A program made the translations under genes and the position numbers. A DNA stretch of 29,002 nt. Source: Candidatus Aenigmatarchaeota archaeon (lineage in GTDB: Archaea; Aenigmatarchaeota; Aenigmatarchaeia; CG10238-14; SCSR01). The notes beneath the pieces are model-generated. The model searched no databases, was not told the DNA's origin, and saw only the letters and a program-made list of their open reading frames with translations. The number at the start of each line of letters is the position of its first letter. Position 1 is the stretch's first letter. Below are positions 1 to 8,696 of this stretch, piece after piece. The stretch lies in NCBI GenBank assembly GCA_039091335.1, contig JAWCME010000006.1, positions 1 to 29,002 of the forward strand, given 5' to 3'.

Positions 1-39
1 TGCTTAAAGGATTTTTTGATGAAATTGAAAGGATGAAAA

Positions 40-321
40 ATGCCATCTAGATATTTGCACAAAAAGTTTTCAAAGTTTTTGGTAGAAGATGAATGTGAGA
101 AAACGCATAAAGCTATTGACTATCCTGTAAAATTTCTAGGAAGAAGACATAGAATTCTTTTTCACGATCCTATTTCAGCAGTAGCAATAGGTCTTTTAGC
201 AAACAGTTACAAAGGTGTTTGCGCTGGACTCTCGCACATATTTCTTGATTACTGCTGCTCTAAAATACCAGAATTAAAATATTTAGCAGAATTTTATTTA
301 AGAAAAAAATCACTTCTTTAA
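40..321 (+). CDS. Small His-rich hypothetical protein, possibly a metal-binding hydrolase
   Basis: 93-aa ORF with spaced His/Asp residues (LH, THKAID, HRILFHD, HIFLD); its 3' end overlaps the convergent RNase Z gene. Confidence 0.6.
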   Translation: MPSRYLHKKFSKFLVEDECEKTHKAIDYPVKFLGRRHRILFHDPISAVAIGLLANSYKGVCAGLSHIFLDYCCSKIPELKYLAEFYLRKKSLL

Positions 322-1218
322 TCTTATTTTCATGAAATCATAAGCAACCTTAGTATTTTCAAATATTTTTTTTGCCTCTTCTTCCAGTTCCTTTGCATCC
401 GTATATCTTCTGCTGATATGTGTAAGAATTAGCTGTTTAACATTAGCTTTCTTTGCAATTCTTGCTGCTTGTTTTACATCAGCATGCGCCTTTCCCTCTT
501 CTTCTTCAAGAAAAGTTGCATCATGTATCAACAAATCAGCAGAATCAGATATTTTAACCAAATTCTCACAGGGCTTCGTATCTCCTGAATATATAACCTT
601 CAGACCAGGAGTGATATTCGCAACCTCTTCTATTTTCACTTCCCTTCCTTTAAATTCTGCTTTGCCATATCTTTTCAACTTCTTCAACCAAAAACCTCTT
701 TTCAAACCAAGCTGCTTTAATTTTTTAGTATCAATATTCCATCTATCTTTTTCTTTAAAACAAAAGGCAACTGCTGGAACTGTATGTAAAACGGGGGTTG
801 AAAGTATTTGATAATCCTTAGTCTCATCTACCACAGTAATCTCCTCTCCCTCAAAAGGAACATTAACGGCTTTAACAGGAAACCTCAGACCAAAATATCC
901 TAAATCAATTATATCGGAAACAAACCTTTCTGCTTCTGGTCCGAATATTTTCAGTTCTTTTTTTCTTTTTTCCAGATTCATCGTTTGTATTAAAGGAATC
1001 AAACCAGCAAAATGATCAGCATGCCAGTGAGAAATAAATATTTTATCTATGTCCATAAAGCTTATTCCAGAAAGCATTAACTGCTTTTGAGTTCCCTCAC
1101 CACAATCAAAAAGCAAAGTGTCTTTTTCTTCAGAAAAATATTCTAGAACTATGGCAGGATGGTTTCTATTTTTACTTGGAATTCCTGATACTGTGCCCAA
1201 AAAAGTTATTTCTATCAT
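310..1218 (-). CDS. rnz: Ribonuclease Z (tRNA 3' endonuclease)
   Basis: FLGT N-terminus, DCGEG, HxHxDH (HWHADH), flexible-arm insert, SGDT, HDATF and THIS motifs of the ElaC/RNase Z family. Confidence 0.95.
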   Translation of the reverse strand: MIEITFLGTVSGIPSKNRNHPAIVLEYFSEEKDTLLFDCGEGTQKQLMLSGISFMDIDKIFISHWHADHFAGLIPLIQTMNLEKRKKELKIFGPEAERFVSDIIDLGYFGLRFPVKAVNVPFEGEEITVVDETKDYQILSTPVLHTVPAVAFCFKEKDRWNIDTKKLKQLGLKRGFWLKKLKRYGKAEFKGREVKIEEVANITPGLKVIYSGDTKPCENLVKISDSADLLIHDATFLEEEEGKAHADVKQAARIAKKANVKQLILTHISRRYTDAKELEEEAKKIFENTKVAYDFMKIRLKK

Positions 1219-1805
1219 TTAGCCACTTTAAAATATGAAAATAAATAAAGCAAAATAATCAATAGTGTAATAAACAAAATTATCCCAAGAACATTTAAGT
1301 GGATACCAGAGGCTAAAAAAATCATTAGAAGTGAAAAAACTCCAAAATAAATTGTAATCCATTTTATATTTTTTTGAACAAACGGTTGTATGAATTTAAT
1401 GAAATAATAAATCAAGCATGATAGAAAATACCAATAGATAAAAACATAAATTGGAACGATGATGTTTATTCTACAACTTGCTCTATAAACAATATCTGTA
1501 CAAAAACCACAAGAGGCTCTGCTACAATCGTAAGCAAATGAATTATATTCTGTCTTCCAACTCGTACCCCCTAAGTATTGCAATCTTTCTTCAAACAAAA
1601 TTGGTGGATATATTCCTGGAATAAATTCTACAGTACTGGGTGCGTCGAGACAAATCTCTTTTAGCGGTAAAATCCAAGACAGTTCTAATCCTCCAATGTC
1701 AAGTATAATATTACAACCTCTGATGCCAAAAAGTCCTGCAATTATCAAAATTGCAAATAAAATAATCTTGAGTTTTGTTGGTCGCAAAAATTTTTTTAGA
1801 TTCAA
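1215..1805 (-). CDS. Hypothetical Cys-rich membrane protein
   Basis: N-terminal hydrophobic segment, Cys-rich loop and about 3 C-terminal hydrophobic helices; 4-nt start/stop overlaps with both neighbours (TTGA, ATGA). Confidence 0.7.
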   Translation of the reverse strand: MNLKKFLRPTKLKIILFAILIIAGLFGIRGCNIILDIGGLELSWILPLKEICLDAPSTVEFIPGIYPPILFEERLQYLGGTSWKTEYNSFAYDCSRASCGFCTDIVYRASCRINIIVPIYVFIYWYFLSCLIYYFIKFIQPFVQKNIKWITIYFGVFSLLMIFLASGIHLNVLGIILFITLLIILLYLFSYFKVAK

Positions 1806-3229
1806 GCTAAATTCTCCTTTTCAAAATACTTCCTTAAGAATACTCCAAAATTCTTATCCTTTTCCATAATTTCAACAATTCTACTAGTCTCAGAAAATAT
1901 TTCAAATCCTTTTACTAATTGAGAAGCAATATAGTTTGGTATTCCTTTTGCCTTCAACACATCTTCTGTTTCTTTCAAACTGTCTTGCAATTTTTCTCTA
2001 GCAGTTAAAAATTTTCTCCTTATTTCAGCAACCCAAAAATTGTTTTCTATGAACGGGCCGGCTAAAGCATTCTTATATTTTTCAAGAAACCTTTGAGAAT
2101 CATCTAAATCAAAAACTTTTGGCCCAACCCTTTTTTGAACTATTGGCAACTTGGAAACTTCCATTTCCAGCAAAACTACAGCTAAATCCTTTTCATTCGT
2201 GTAAACATCTTTTCTCAAAACTCTAAATTCATACTCAGTTTCTTCCAAAATACTTTGAAGTCTTTCAGCAAATCTTCTCAGCTGTGGCCATAAAATGTCT
2301 GGAACTACTTCCGGCGGCTTGAATTTAACCAAAACTAATTCAGTCCTTCTCCTCATCTGCAATTCTATAAGCTCATTTTCTGTCAAAGGGCTTATTATTT
2401 TTTCAAAGAAAAATTCCTTTGTTGGTTTTTGAAGAAATTCCTTAGCCAATTTTTTAAACTTGAAAAAATTGTAAGAAGAAATTGCAGCAGCTGTATTCCT
2501 TGTTTTATCAGTTGGGTCGATTAAAATAAGTGATTGATTTTTAAACTGTTTTCTAAGTTTGAAATAATCTTTTTGTTGATATTGTTTTTCTATATCAATA
2601 ACTTCTCCAGGCTTCCATTTTACAGCTTCTTCAAGTAAATTAATGAATTTTTTATATTTTATTATCAAAAGCTCGCAAACATAACCAGAAAATCCTTCTG
2701 TTTTAGCATCTGCTCCGTATATTCCATTAACAGTTAAAAATTGTTTCAATAATCTTACTTCATCTGACAGCTTCTTAGGCAAGTTCTTTTCAATATATTT
2801 CACATGAAAGGGTGTTCTGTCAACTGCTGATTTCAACTGTTCCGTAGATTTTACAGCAAAACAAGGAACGATATCGATATTAATGTTTTGTACTTTTGCA
2901 GAGACATACGGATGCTCAGCATATTTTATTTTACACTCTCCACCCAACTTACTAACAATTTCTTTGCCAAGCTTCAAACCCACATCCTCTAATTTTTCTC
3001 TTGAAAAAGTTGTTGGAAATAGAATAAAGATTTCAAACTCCATCTTGCTTGGAAGCCAGGTATCTCTTGTTAGACTGCCTGCTAAAATTGCTTTCGCTTT
3101 AAATTTTTTCGCTTCTTTTTTTGCAATCGATAAAGTTTTTTTAGCTAAATTAGTAAGTCTCTTTTTTTCCTCTGGTTTTGGCTTTATCTGCTTTAAAACT
3201 TCTTTCAAAACTTTTTCATAATTCTTCAT
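1802..3229 (-). CDS. cca: Archaeal (class I) CCA-adding enzyme
   Basis: GSxxxxTWL, YAEHPYV, DIVPC, SAVDRTPFH, GIYGA and GFSGY motifs; 475 aa. Confidence 0.95.
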   Translation of the reverse strand: MKNYEKVLKEVLKQIKPKPEEKKRLTNLAKKTLSIAKKEAKKFKAKAILAGSLTRDTWLPSKMEFEIFILFPTTFSREKLEDVGLKLGKEIVSKLGGECKIKYAEHPYVSAKVQNINIDIVPCFAVKSTEQLKSAVDRTPFHVKYIEKNLPKKLSDEVRLLKQFLTVNGIYGADAKTEGFSGYVCELLIIKYKKFINLLEEAVKWKPGEVIDIEKQYQQKDYFKLRKQFKNQSLILIDPTDKTRNTAAAISSYNFFKFKKLAKEFLQKPTKEFFFEKIISPLTENELIELQMRRRTELVLVKFKPPEVVPDILWPQLRRFAERLQSILEETEYEFRVLRKDVYTNEKDLAVVLLEMEVSKLPIVQKRVGPKVFDLDDSQRFLEKYKNALAGPFIENNFWVAEIRRKFLTAREKLQDSLKETEDVLKAKGIPNYIASQLVKGFEIFSETSRIVEIMEKDKNFGVFLRKYFEKENLA

Positions 3230-3363
3230 AATAATAATCTATCAGTATTTCATAAAGGTTAAACTTTACTCTAGTAATATAAAACTTAATTGTAAAACTT
3301 AATTTTTTTATAAATTATCCTTATTTTCTATGTAAATAATTTCACTACTGTAGAATAGTAATC

Positions 3364-3371
3364 TTTATATA
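3364..3371 (+). promoter_or_regulatory. TATA box flanked by two palindromic operator-like sites
   Basis: TTTATATA 22 nt before ATG 3394 (leaderless spacing); cACTA-N8-TAGTA at 3343-3360 and TACTA-N8-TAGTA at 3373-3390. Confidence 0.55.
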
Positions 3372-3393
3372 GTACTACTACTTAATAGTAAAT

Positions 3394-3555
3394 ATGAACG
3401 GAAATAAAAATGAGGAACAGATAAGATTTATTGAGGAACAACTGTTTGAAGCTACGCATGCCCTGTTTAATGAAACTAGTGTGAAAAGAATTAAATTCTT
3501 ACAGAATAAAATCGATTATCTCAAAAAAATGAGAAAAGAATTGATGAAACAGTGA
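3394..3555 (+). CDS. Small hypothetical protein (53 aa, helical or coiled-coil-like), not in the ORF track
   Basis: MNGNKNEEQIRFIEEQLFEATHALFNETSVKRIKFLQNKIDYLKKMRKELMKQ*; TATA box at leaderless spacing; next ORF starts 4 nt after the stop. Confidence 0.6.
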   Translation: MNGNKNEEQIRFIEEQLFEATHALFNETSVKRIKFLQNKIDYLKKMRKELMKQ

Positions 3556-3559
3556 TGAA

Positions 3560-3784
3560 ATGAAATGTCGATATAGCGGAAGAATTTGTCGTGTTGAGGA
3601 AATGTTAAATAGAATTGACCAAAAAAGCTGTGAAAAATTAGTAAAAAGATTTTGCTTAGATAATAAAGAAAATTGCAACCAGTATAAAGAATTCGAAGAG
3701 AGTGGAATTGGTTTTTATTTCGATGTTATAAACTTACTCGAGTCCGCATCCAATCTGTATAAAAGAATTAGAAAAAAAGATTAG
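3560..3784 (+). CDS. Small Cys-containing hypothetical protein
   Basis: 74-aa ORF with 5 Cys residues, apparently co-transcribed with 3394-3555. Confidence 0.55.
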   Translation: MKCRYSGRICRVEEMLNRIDQKSCEKLVKRFCLDNKENCNQYKEFEESGIGFYFDVINLLESASNLYKRIRKKD

Positions 3785-3964
3785 ATTTTGATTCAGTAAG
3801 CATTAAAAACTATTATTTTTTATATTCTACAACACAAAAAAATTTATAAATTCTGCAAACTAATTTTGGTGTGGGTCTTGTTCAGATCTCAATTAGCTAA
3901 TTCTGAAAACTTTCTAGAAAAATCTTCCTCTAAGGAGGAGAATAAAAAACAATATTGCCTAAGA

Positions 3965-5074
3965 ATGAGAAAAAAGTTTCTTACGCATTATGAATCACTT
4001 CTATTCGACTCCACAATAAAATATGGTGGTTTATTCAATGCACATACACACCTTGATAGAGCTTTTACAACCTCTAAAATGTATCTTGAACATATCAGCA
4101 TGGATCCTATTGAAGCTTCCTCTTATCCTCTCTATGTAAAGCAAAATCTAACTGGGGATCTGCACAGAGGAATTGCATATCAGGAAAAAGATCTTAGAAA
4201 AAGAATGGAAATGATACTGGAAGCGATGCGTTTAGATGAGCCTATGACTAGAAGAGTTGATACGTTGATTGATGTAACATGGAGTGAAAAATACGATGAT
4301 GTTGGACTTAGAGCATTAGAAATTGCTTTGAGCTTAAAAAAAGAATTTAGTATGAAAACTCCACCGCTTGAGGTAAATATCGGTGCTTTTAACATTTTTG
4401 GATTCAAAGATTCTGAACCTAAAAGATGGGAAGTTTTTAAGGAAGGTTGTGAGAAAGCAGATTTTATCGGAGCTTTACCAGAAAGAGACGCAAAGGAAGG
4501 ACATATAGGATTTGATGAAAATATTAAGAGACATATCAAACTTGCACAAGATTTGGGGAAGCCGTTGCATGTACATGTTGACCAAAAAAATGATCCAAGT
4601 GAAAATGGAACTGAAACTCTTGTTGAAGCTGTAAGATGGTTGGGTTCACCTGAAATTAATTCGCATGAGACCGATAATGAACCAAGTATTTGGGCTATTC
4701 ACGCAATATCACCATCAGCTTATGATGAAAATCGGTTCCAAAGCCTTGTTAAAAATTTAGTAAAATACAATATAGGTGTGATAGTATGTCCGTCTGCAGC
4801 AATTTCAATGAAACAGCCAAGAGAAATTTATTCTCCAACACACAACAGCATAGCTAGAGCTTTAGAAATGTTAGTAGAAGGGGTAAACATCAGATTAGGT
4901 ACTGATAATATTTCTGATGTTTTTGTGCCTGCTGGACCGTTGTCTGTTTTTGATGAAACATTAGCTTTTGCTAATATAACACGTTTCTATAATCCGGATA
5001 TACTGGCCAAACTTGCAACTGGAAAACCTTTGAATAACATGGATAGAGAATTGATCAGACGTGCTTTGTTATAG
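3965..5074 (+). CDS. Metal-dependent amidohydrolase (cytosine deaminase-like superfamily)
   Basis: NAHTHLD (HxH), HVHVDQ, AIHAIS, VIVCPS and LGTDN motifs. ATG 3965 is preferred over the ORF-track start at 3866; the start is uncertain. Confidence 0.85.
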   Translation: MRKKFLTHYESLLFDSTIKYGGLFNAHTHLDRAFTTSKMYLEHISMDPIEASSYPLYVKQNLTGDLHRGIAYQEKDLRKRMEMILEAMRLDEPMTRRVDTLIDVTWSEKYDDVGLRALEIALSLKKEFSMKTPPLEVNIGAFNIFGFKDSEPKRWEVFKEGCEKADFIGALPERDAKEGHIGFDENIKRHIKLAQDLGKPLHVHVDQKNDPSENGTETLVEAVRWLGSPEINSHETDNEPSIWAIHAISPSAYDENRFQSLVKNLVKYNIGVIVCPSAAISMKQPREIYSPTHNSIARALEMLVEGVNIRLGTDNISDVFVPAGPLSVFDETLAFANITRFYNPDILAKLATGKPLNNMDRELIRRALL

Positions 5075-5155
5075 CCCCGGGCAGATTCGAACTGCCGTCC
5101 TTGGGTCCAGAGCCCAATATCCTTAGCCAATTTTTGACCGCTAGACGACGGGGCT
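5072..5155 (-). tRNA. tRNA-Gln(CTG) with a putative 11-nt intron at 21/22 (5123-5133)
   Basis: Minus strand reads AGCCCCG-TC-GTCT-AGCGGTCAA-[AAATTGGCTAA]-GGAT-A-TTGGG-CTCTGGA-CCCAA-GGAC-GGCAG-TTCGAAT-CTGCC-CGGGGCT-A; A1-U72 as in archaeal tRNA-Gln; CCA not encoded. Confidence 0.93.
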
Positions 5156-5364
5156 GTTTTGCTTAATCTATCAATATGTTTAGAGTTATGAAATTTATAT
5201 CTTGCTACGTTTAATTTTAATAAAATATACCTTTGTCAGATAAATCAGTTAAAACCTATTTAAACTTTATTGATAAAATTAAATTAAGGTGTTAAGGTTG
5301 ATAGGTGACTGCCAAACAGGTAAATCAAGACTTTAATTTTTCTACTAAAAATTCTAAAAATTCA

Positions 5365-5850
5365 ATGGATAAAATGAATCTTATCGCTTATCTCAAAAAT
5401 AACAAAGTCTGGTTTAAGATTATAGAAAAAAGAGAAACTGTGCATACTGCTGATGCGGCAGCTGCTACTGGTATACCATTGGAGAGAGTTACTAAATCTT
5501 TAGTTTTTCTTGCTGACAATTCTCCTGTTCTAGTGATTATTCCAGGTAATTGTAAAGTCAACAAAACTAAATTGAAAGAAATTTTGAACTCAAAAAACGT
5601 GGAAATAGCTCCGTTTGAAAAAGTGGAAGAATACTCTGGCTATGAACCTGGAGCAACTTGCCCTGTTTTTCATCGAAATATAAAAAAAGTTGTGATTGAT
5701 ATAAAAGTTATGCAACATGAAACAGTTTTTGGTGGTGGAGGTTCAAGAACAAAATTAATAGAATTAAAGCCTGAAGATATACAAAAATTAAATAATGCAA
5801 TAGTTGCGGATATAGCAGAGGGGAAAGATATAGCAGAGGTGGAGAAATGA
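5365..5850 (+). CDS. YbaK/EbsC (INS superfamily) aminoacyl-tRNA deacylase
   Basis: TVHTADAAA, VTKSLV (conserved Lys), GYEPGATCP and GGGS motifs; start uncertain (5305 GTG, 5365 or 5374 ATG); ATGA overlap with thrS. Confidence 0.85.
   Translation: MDKMNLIAYLKNNKVWFKIIEKRETVHTADAAAATGIPLERVTKSLVFLADNSPVLVIIPGNCKVNKTKLKEILNSKNVEIAPFEKVEEYSGYEPGATCPVFHRNIKKVVIDIKVMQHETVFGGGGSRTKLIELKPEDIQKLNNAIVADIAEGKDIAEVEK
5809..5844 (+). repeat. Tandem duplication (18-nt period) at the ybaK-thrS junction
   Basis: GATATAGCAGAGG at 5809-5821 and 5827-5839, encoding DIAEGK/DIAEVEK; the second copy supplies the GAGGTG SD for thrS. Confidence 0.75.
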
Positions 5851-7709
5851 GAATACTACAGTTGCATTCAGATTTTATAGAATACGAGCCGATAGAAAAA
5901 GAAATTGCTGCTGCAGAAGAAGCAGAAAAGAAAAGGATAAGGTTAGAAGAGATAGTTGTTTTGTTCACTGCTGTTGAAGAAGGGGATACAGAAGAAGTTG
6001 CTAGAAGAGCTGTTGAAGAAGTTAAAGCTAGCCTTGAGCAAATAAAAGTGAATAAAATTTTGATTTATCCTTATGCTCACTTGAGCAGTAACTTAGCAAA
6101 ACCAAATGATGCTTTAAAAATAGTAAAAGAAATGGAAGCTGAAGCTAAAAAAGCTGGAATAGAAACTTATAGAGCGCCTTTTGGATGGAACAAAAAATTT
6201 TCTATTCAAATTAAGGGTCATCCTTTGGCAGAACAATCAAAAGTAATTTTACCCGAAAAAGTTGAAGAAAGAGAAAAAGTTTCAGAGGCAGTTAAAGCTG
6301 AAGAAAAACTTAAATCCTCTTGGTTTATTTTAAAACCGACTGGAGAAATGGTTCCAGTTGAAAAGTTTAATTTTTCCAAGTATAATAATCTGGAAAAATT
6401 TACAAAATATGAGATTGCTAAATCAAGAGTAGTCCAAAAAATGCCACCACATGTAACTTTAATGAAAAAACTTGAGATTGCTGATTTTGAACCTGGGAGC
6501 GATCCTGGAAATTTGAGGTTTTATCCTAAAGGCAGACTGATAAAATCACTTCTTGAGCAATTCGTTACAGAAAAGGTAATTGAATATGGAGGAATGGAAG
6601 TAGAAACTCCGATAATGTATGACTTTCAACATCCTAGCTTAGCAAATTATTTGAACAGGTTTCCTGCCAGGCAATATGTTATTGAATCAGATGACAAAAA
6701 CTTTTTCTTGAGATTCTCCGCTTGTTTTGGCCAGTTTTTGATGGCGCATGACGCTCAAATCTCTTACAAGCAATTGCCTTTTAGAATTTATGAATTAACA
6801 AGATATAGCTTCAGGAGAGAAAAGAGTGGTGAATTGGTTGGTTTGAGAAGGTTGAGAGCATTTACCATGCCAGATGTGCATGCTATGTGCGCAGATATTG
6901 AGCAAGTGAAAAAAGAGTTTGTAGTAAGATTCAAACTTTGTCAAAATGTTTTAAATGAAATTGGGCTTGATAAAGATGATTATGAGCTAGCAATAAGATT
7001 TACAAAAGACTTTTATAAGGAAAATAAAGAATTTATTACTTCACTTGTCAAGATGCATGGCAGACCAGCACTCGCAGAAGTTTGGGAAGAAAGATTCTTT
7101 TATTTTGTTTTAAAATATGAATTTAATTTCATCGATAATTTGGATAAAGCTTCAGCTCTATCAACAGATCAAATTGATATAGAGAATGGAGAAAGGTATG
7201 GAATAACTTATACTGACGAAAAAGGGAAAAAAAGAAATCCAATAATTTTGCATTGCTCACCTAGTGGAGCAATTGAAAGATGTATGTATGCTTTACTTGA
7301 AAAGGCTTATGCTGATCAAGAAAATAAAAAAGTTCCTTCGTTGCCTTTGTGGCTTTCACCGACTCAAGTCAGAATAATTCCTTTATCAGATAAATTTATC
7401 AAGGCTTCAGAAAAAATTGCAGAAGAAATTGAAAAAAATGAAATAAGAGTTGATATTGATGATAGAAGGGAAACTGTTGAGAAAAAGATTAGGGATGCTG
7501 AGCTAGAATGGGTTCCTTACTCTTTGGTAATAGGACCTAAAGAAATTAAATCAAAAAAATTGGCAGTAAGAATTAGAGAAAAAGGAAAAATAAAACAAAT
7601 GAAACTAGAACAGCTGATAAAAGAAATTAAAAATAAGATAAAAGATAAACCATTCAAAAAATTGCCATTACCAAAATTATTGTCTAAAAGACCAATTTTT
7701 GTTGGTTAA
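5847..7709 (+). CDS. thrS: Threonine--tRNA ligase, archaeal type with N-terminal editing domain
   Basis: MRILQLHSDFIEY...YPYAHLSS...RAPFGW editing domain; LRFSACFG, FRREKSGEL, FTMPDVH and LHCSPSGAIER catalytic motifs; C-terminal anticodon-binding domain. Confidence 0.97.
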   Translation: MRILQLHSDFIEYEPIEKEIAAAEEAEKKRIRLEEIVVLFTAVEEGDTEEVARRAVEEVKASLEQIKVNKILIYPYAHLSSNLAKPNDALKIVKEMEAEAKKAGIETYRAPFGWNKKFSIQIKGHPLAEQSKVILPEKVEEREKVSEAVKAEEKLKSSWFILKPTGEMVPVEKFNFSKYNNLEKFTKYEIAKSRVVQKMPPHVTLMKKLEIADFEPGSDPGNLRFYPKGRLIKSLLEQFVTEKVIEYGGMEVETPIMYDFQHPSLANYLNRFPARQYVIESDDKNFFLRFSACFGQFLMAHDAQISYKQLPFRIYELTRYSFRREKSGELVGLRRLRAFTMPDVHAMCADIEQVKKEFVVRFKLCQNVLNEIGLDKDDYELAIRFTKDFYKENKEFITSLVKMHGRPALAEVWEERFFYFVLKYEFNFIDNLDKASALSTDQIDIENGERYGITYTDEKGKKRNPIILHCSPSGAIERCMYALLEKAYADQENKKVPSLPLWLSPTQVRIIPLSDKFIKASEKIAEEIEKNEIRVDIDDRRETVEKKIRDAELEWVPYSLVIGPKEIKSKKLAVRIREKGKIKQMKLEQLIKEIKNKIKDKPFKKLPLPKLLSKRPIFVG

Positions 7710-8521
7710 CTTACTGCTTTAGAATGAGACCAAACTAATTTGAATAAAGGCTCTAAAACGTCTTTAGCTGCATGTTCACTTTTACTCCAAAAAGCCATGT
7801 CCTGAGTAGAATGAACTTTTGTATCAGTTAAAGCAAAAACTAACTGCTTACCATCAACAACTGCAAATCTTCCGGAAATAGGAACTTCTCTTTCATCAAC
7901 AACTTTTATGTCAGCAACAGAACCTAAAGCTTTCAATGCTTCCGATGCACCTTCTTTTCCAGTAGTTGCAATTTTTATATCCACACCTTTTTCTTTAGCT
8001 TTTTTTAGAGAGTCAAAATGATTTTCAAACAGTTCATTCAATCCTTCAGGTGTTGTGACAATGTTAATGTGTTTTTCCGCATCTCTAAACATTGTTTCCA
8101 TTTGTTGACGGAAAGAATACCTTCCCTTCAAAGCTCCTGTTATTTCTTCTGGAGAAATCAATTTCATGCCTTGAGAATAAATACTGTTTAACTCACGTAT
8201 AATTGGGGATTCTTTAAGCTCATCTATTCTTTCAATAGTTTCTTTCAACTTTTCCTCAATTTTTTTCTTTGCTCTTTCCAAAGCTTCTTCTGGTTTAACA
8301 GCAACATATTTTATCGGCTTTGCTGTTTGAACAATTACAAAACCTTTTTCTGCCAAACTCTGTAAAACATCATAAGTTCTACTCCTAGGAACGTTAGCAA
8401 TTTCAGAAAGCTCACCTGCGGTGGAAGTTCCACGAGCTAGCAAAGCAACCCAAAGCCTTCTCTCATACAAATTCAAACCAATTCCTTTCAATGCGTCAAA
8501 GACCTTTGTTGAAGCTAACAT
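7706..8521 (-). CDS. TrmB-family transcriptional regulator
   Basis: LGLNLYE-like start, STAGELSEIANVPRSRTYDVLQSLAEKGFV winged HTH, C-terminal PLD-like effector domain (RFAVVDGK); shares TTAA stop overlap with thrS. Confidence 0.9.
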   Translation of the reverse strand: MLASTKVFDALKGIGLNLYERRLWVALLARGTSTAGELSEIANVPRSRTYDVLQSLAEKGFVIVQTAKPIKYVAVKPEEALERAKKKIEEKLKETIERIDELKESPIIRELNSIYSQGMKLISPEEITGALKGRYSFRQQMETMFRDAEKHINIVTTPEGLNELFENHFDSLKKAKEKGVDIKIATTGKEGASEALKALGSVADIKVVDEREVPISGRFAVVDGKQLVFALTDTKVHSTQDMAFWSKSEHAAKDVLEPLFKLVWSHSKAVS

Positions 8522-8696
8522 TAGTTTCCCTCTATGTTTTAACTAAGTAGTAATTTAATATATAAGCTTTTATGTCTTTGCAACACCATAAGAAAATTTC
8601 TTAAATGTTAGCAAATAAAGCTTTCGTATCAATTTTTTTTCTATTTTTATTTGACAAATTGTTATTTTGAACAGAATTTGAAAAATTAGCTGAAAA

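Noticed and set aside
1..50. Partial ORF at the left edge (LKGFFDEIERMKNAI*); likewise a partial minus-strand ORF at 28900-29001
   Set aside because: Too short and truncated by the window edge to call.
3911..3952. Word-level resemblance to a preQ1-I riboswitch (TTCTAG...CCTCTA...ATAAAAAAC)
   Set aside because: There is no 5' strand to form P1 and the spacing is wrong; probably coincidence.
3230..5074. Integrated element at the tRNA-Gln 3' end
   Set aside because: No integrase and no duplicated tRNA 3' segment (att site) found by eye.
8579..8590. 12-nt inverted match (TGCAACACCATA) to rpoA'' near 21801
   Set aside because: This length is expected by chance in 29 kb, unlike the 28-nt EF-2 match.
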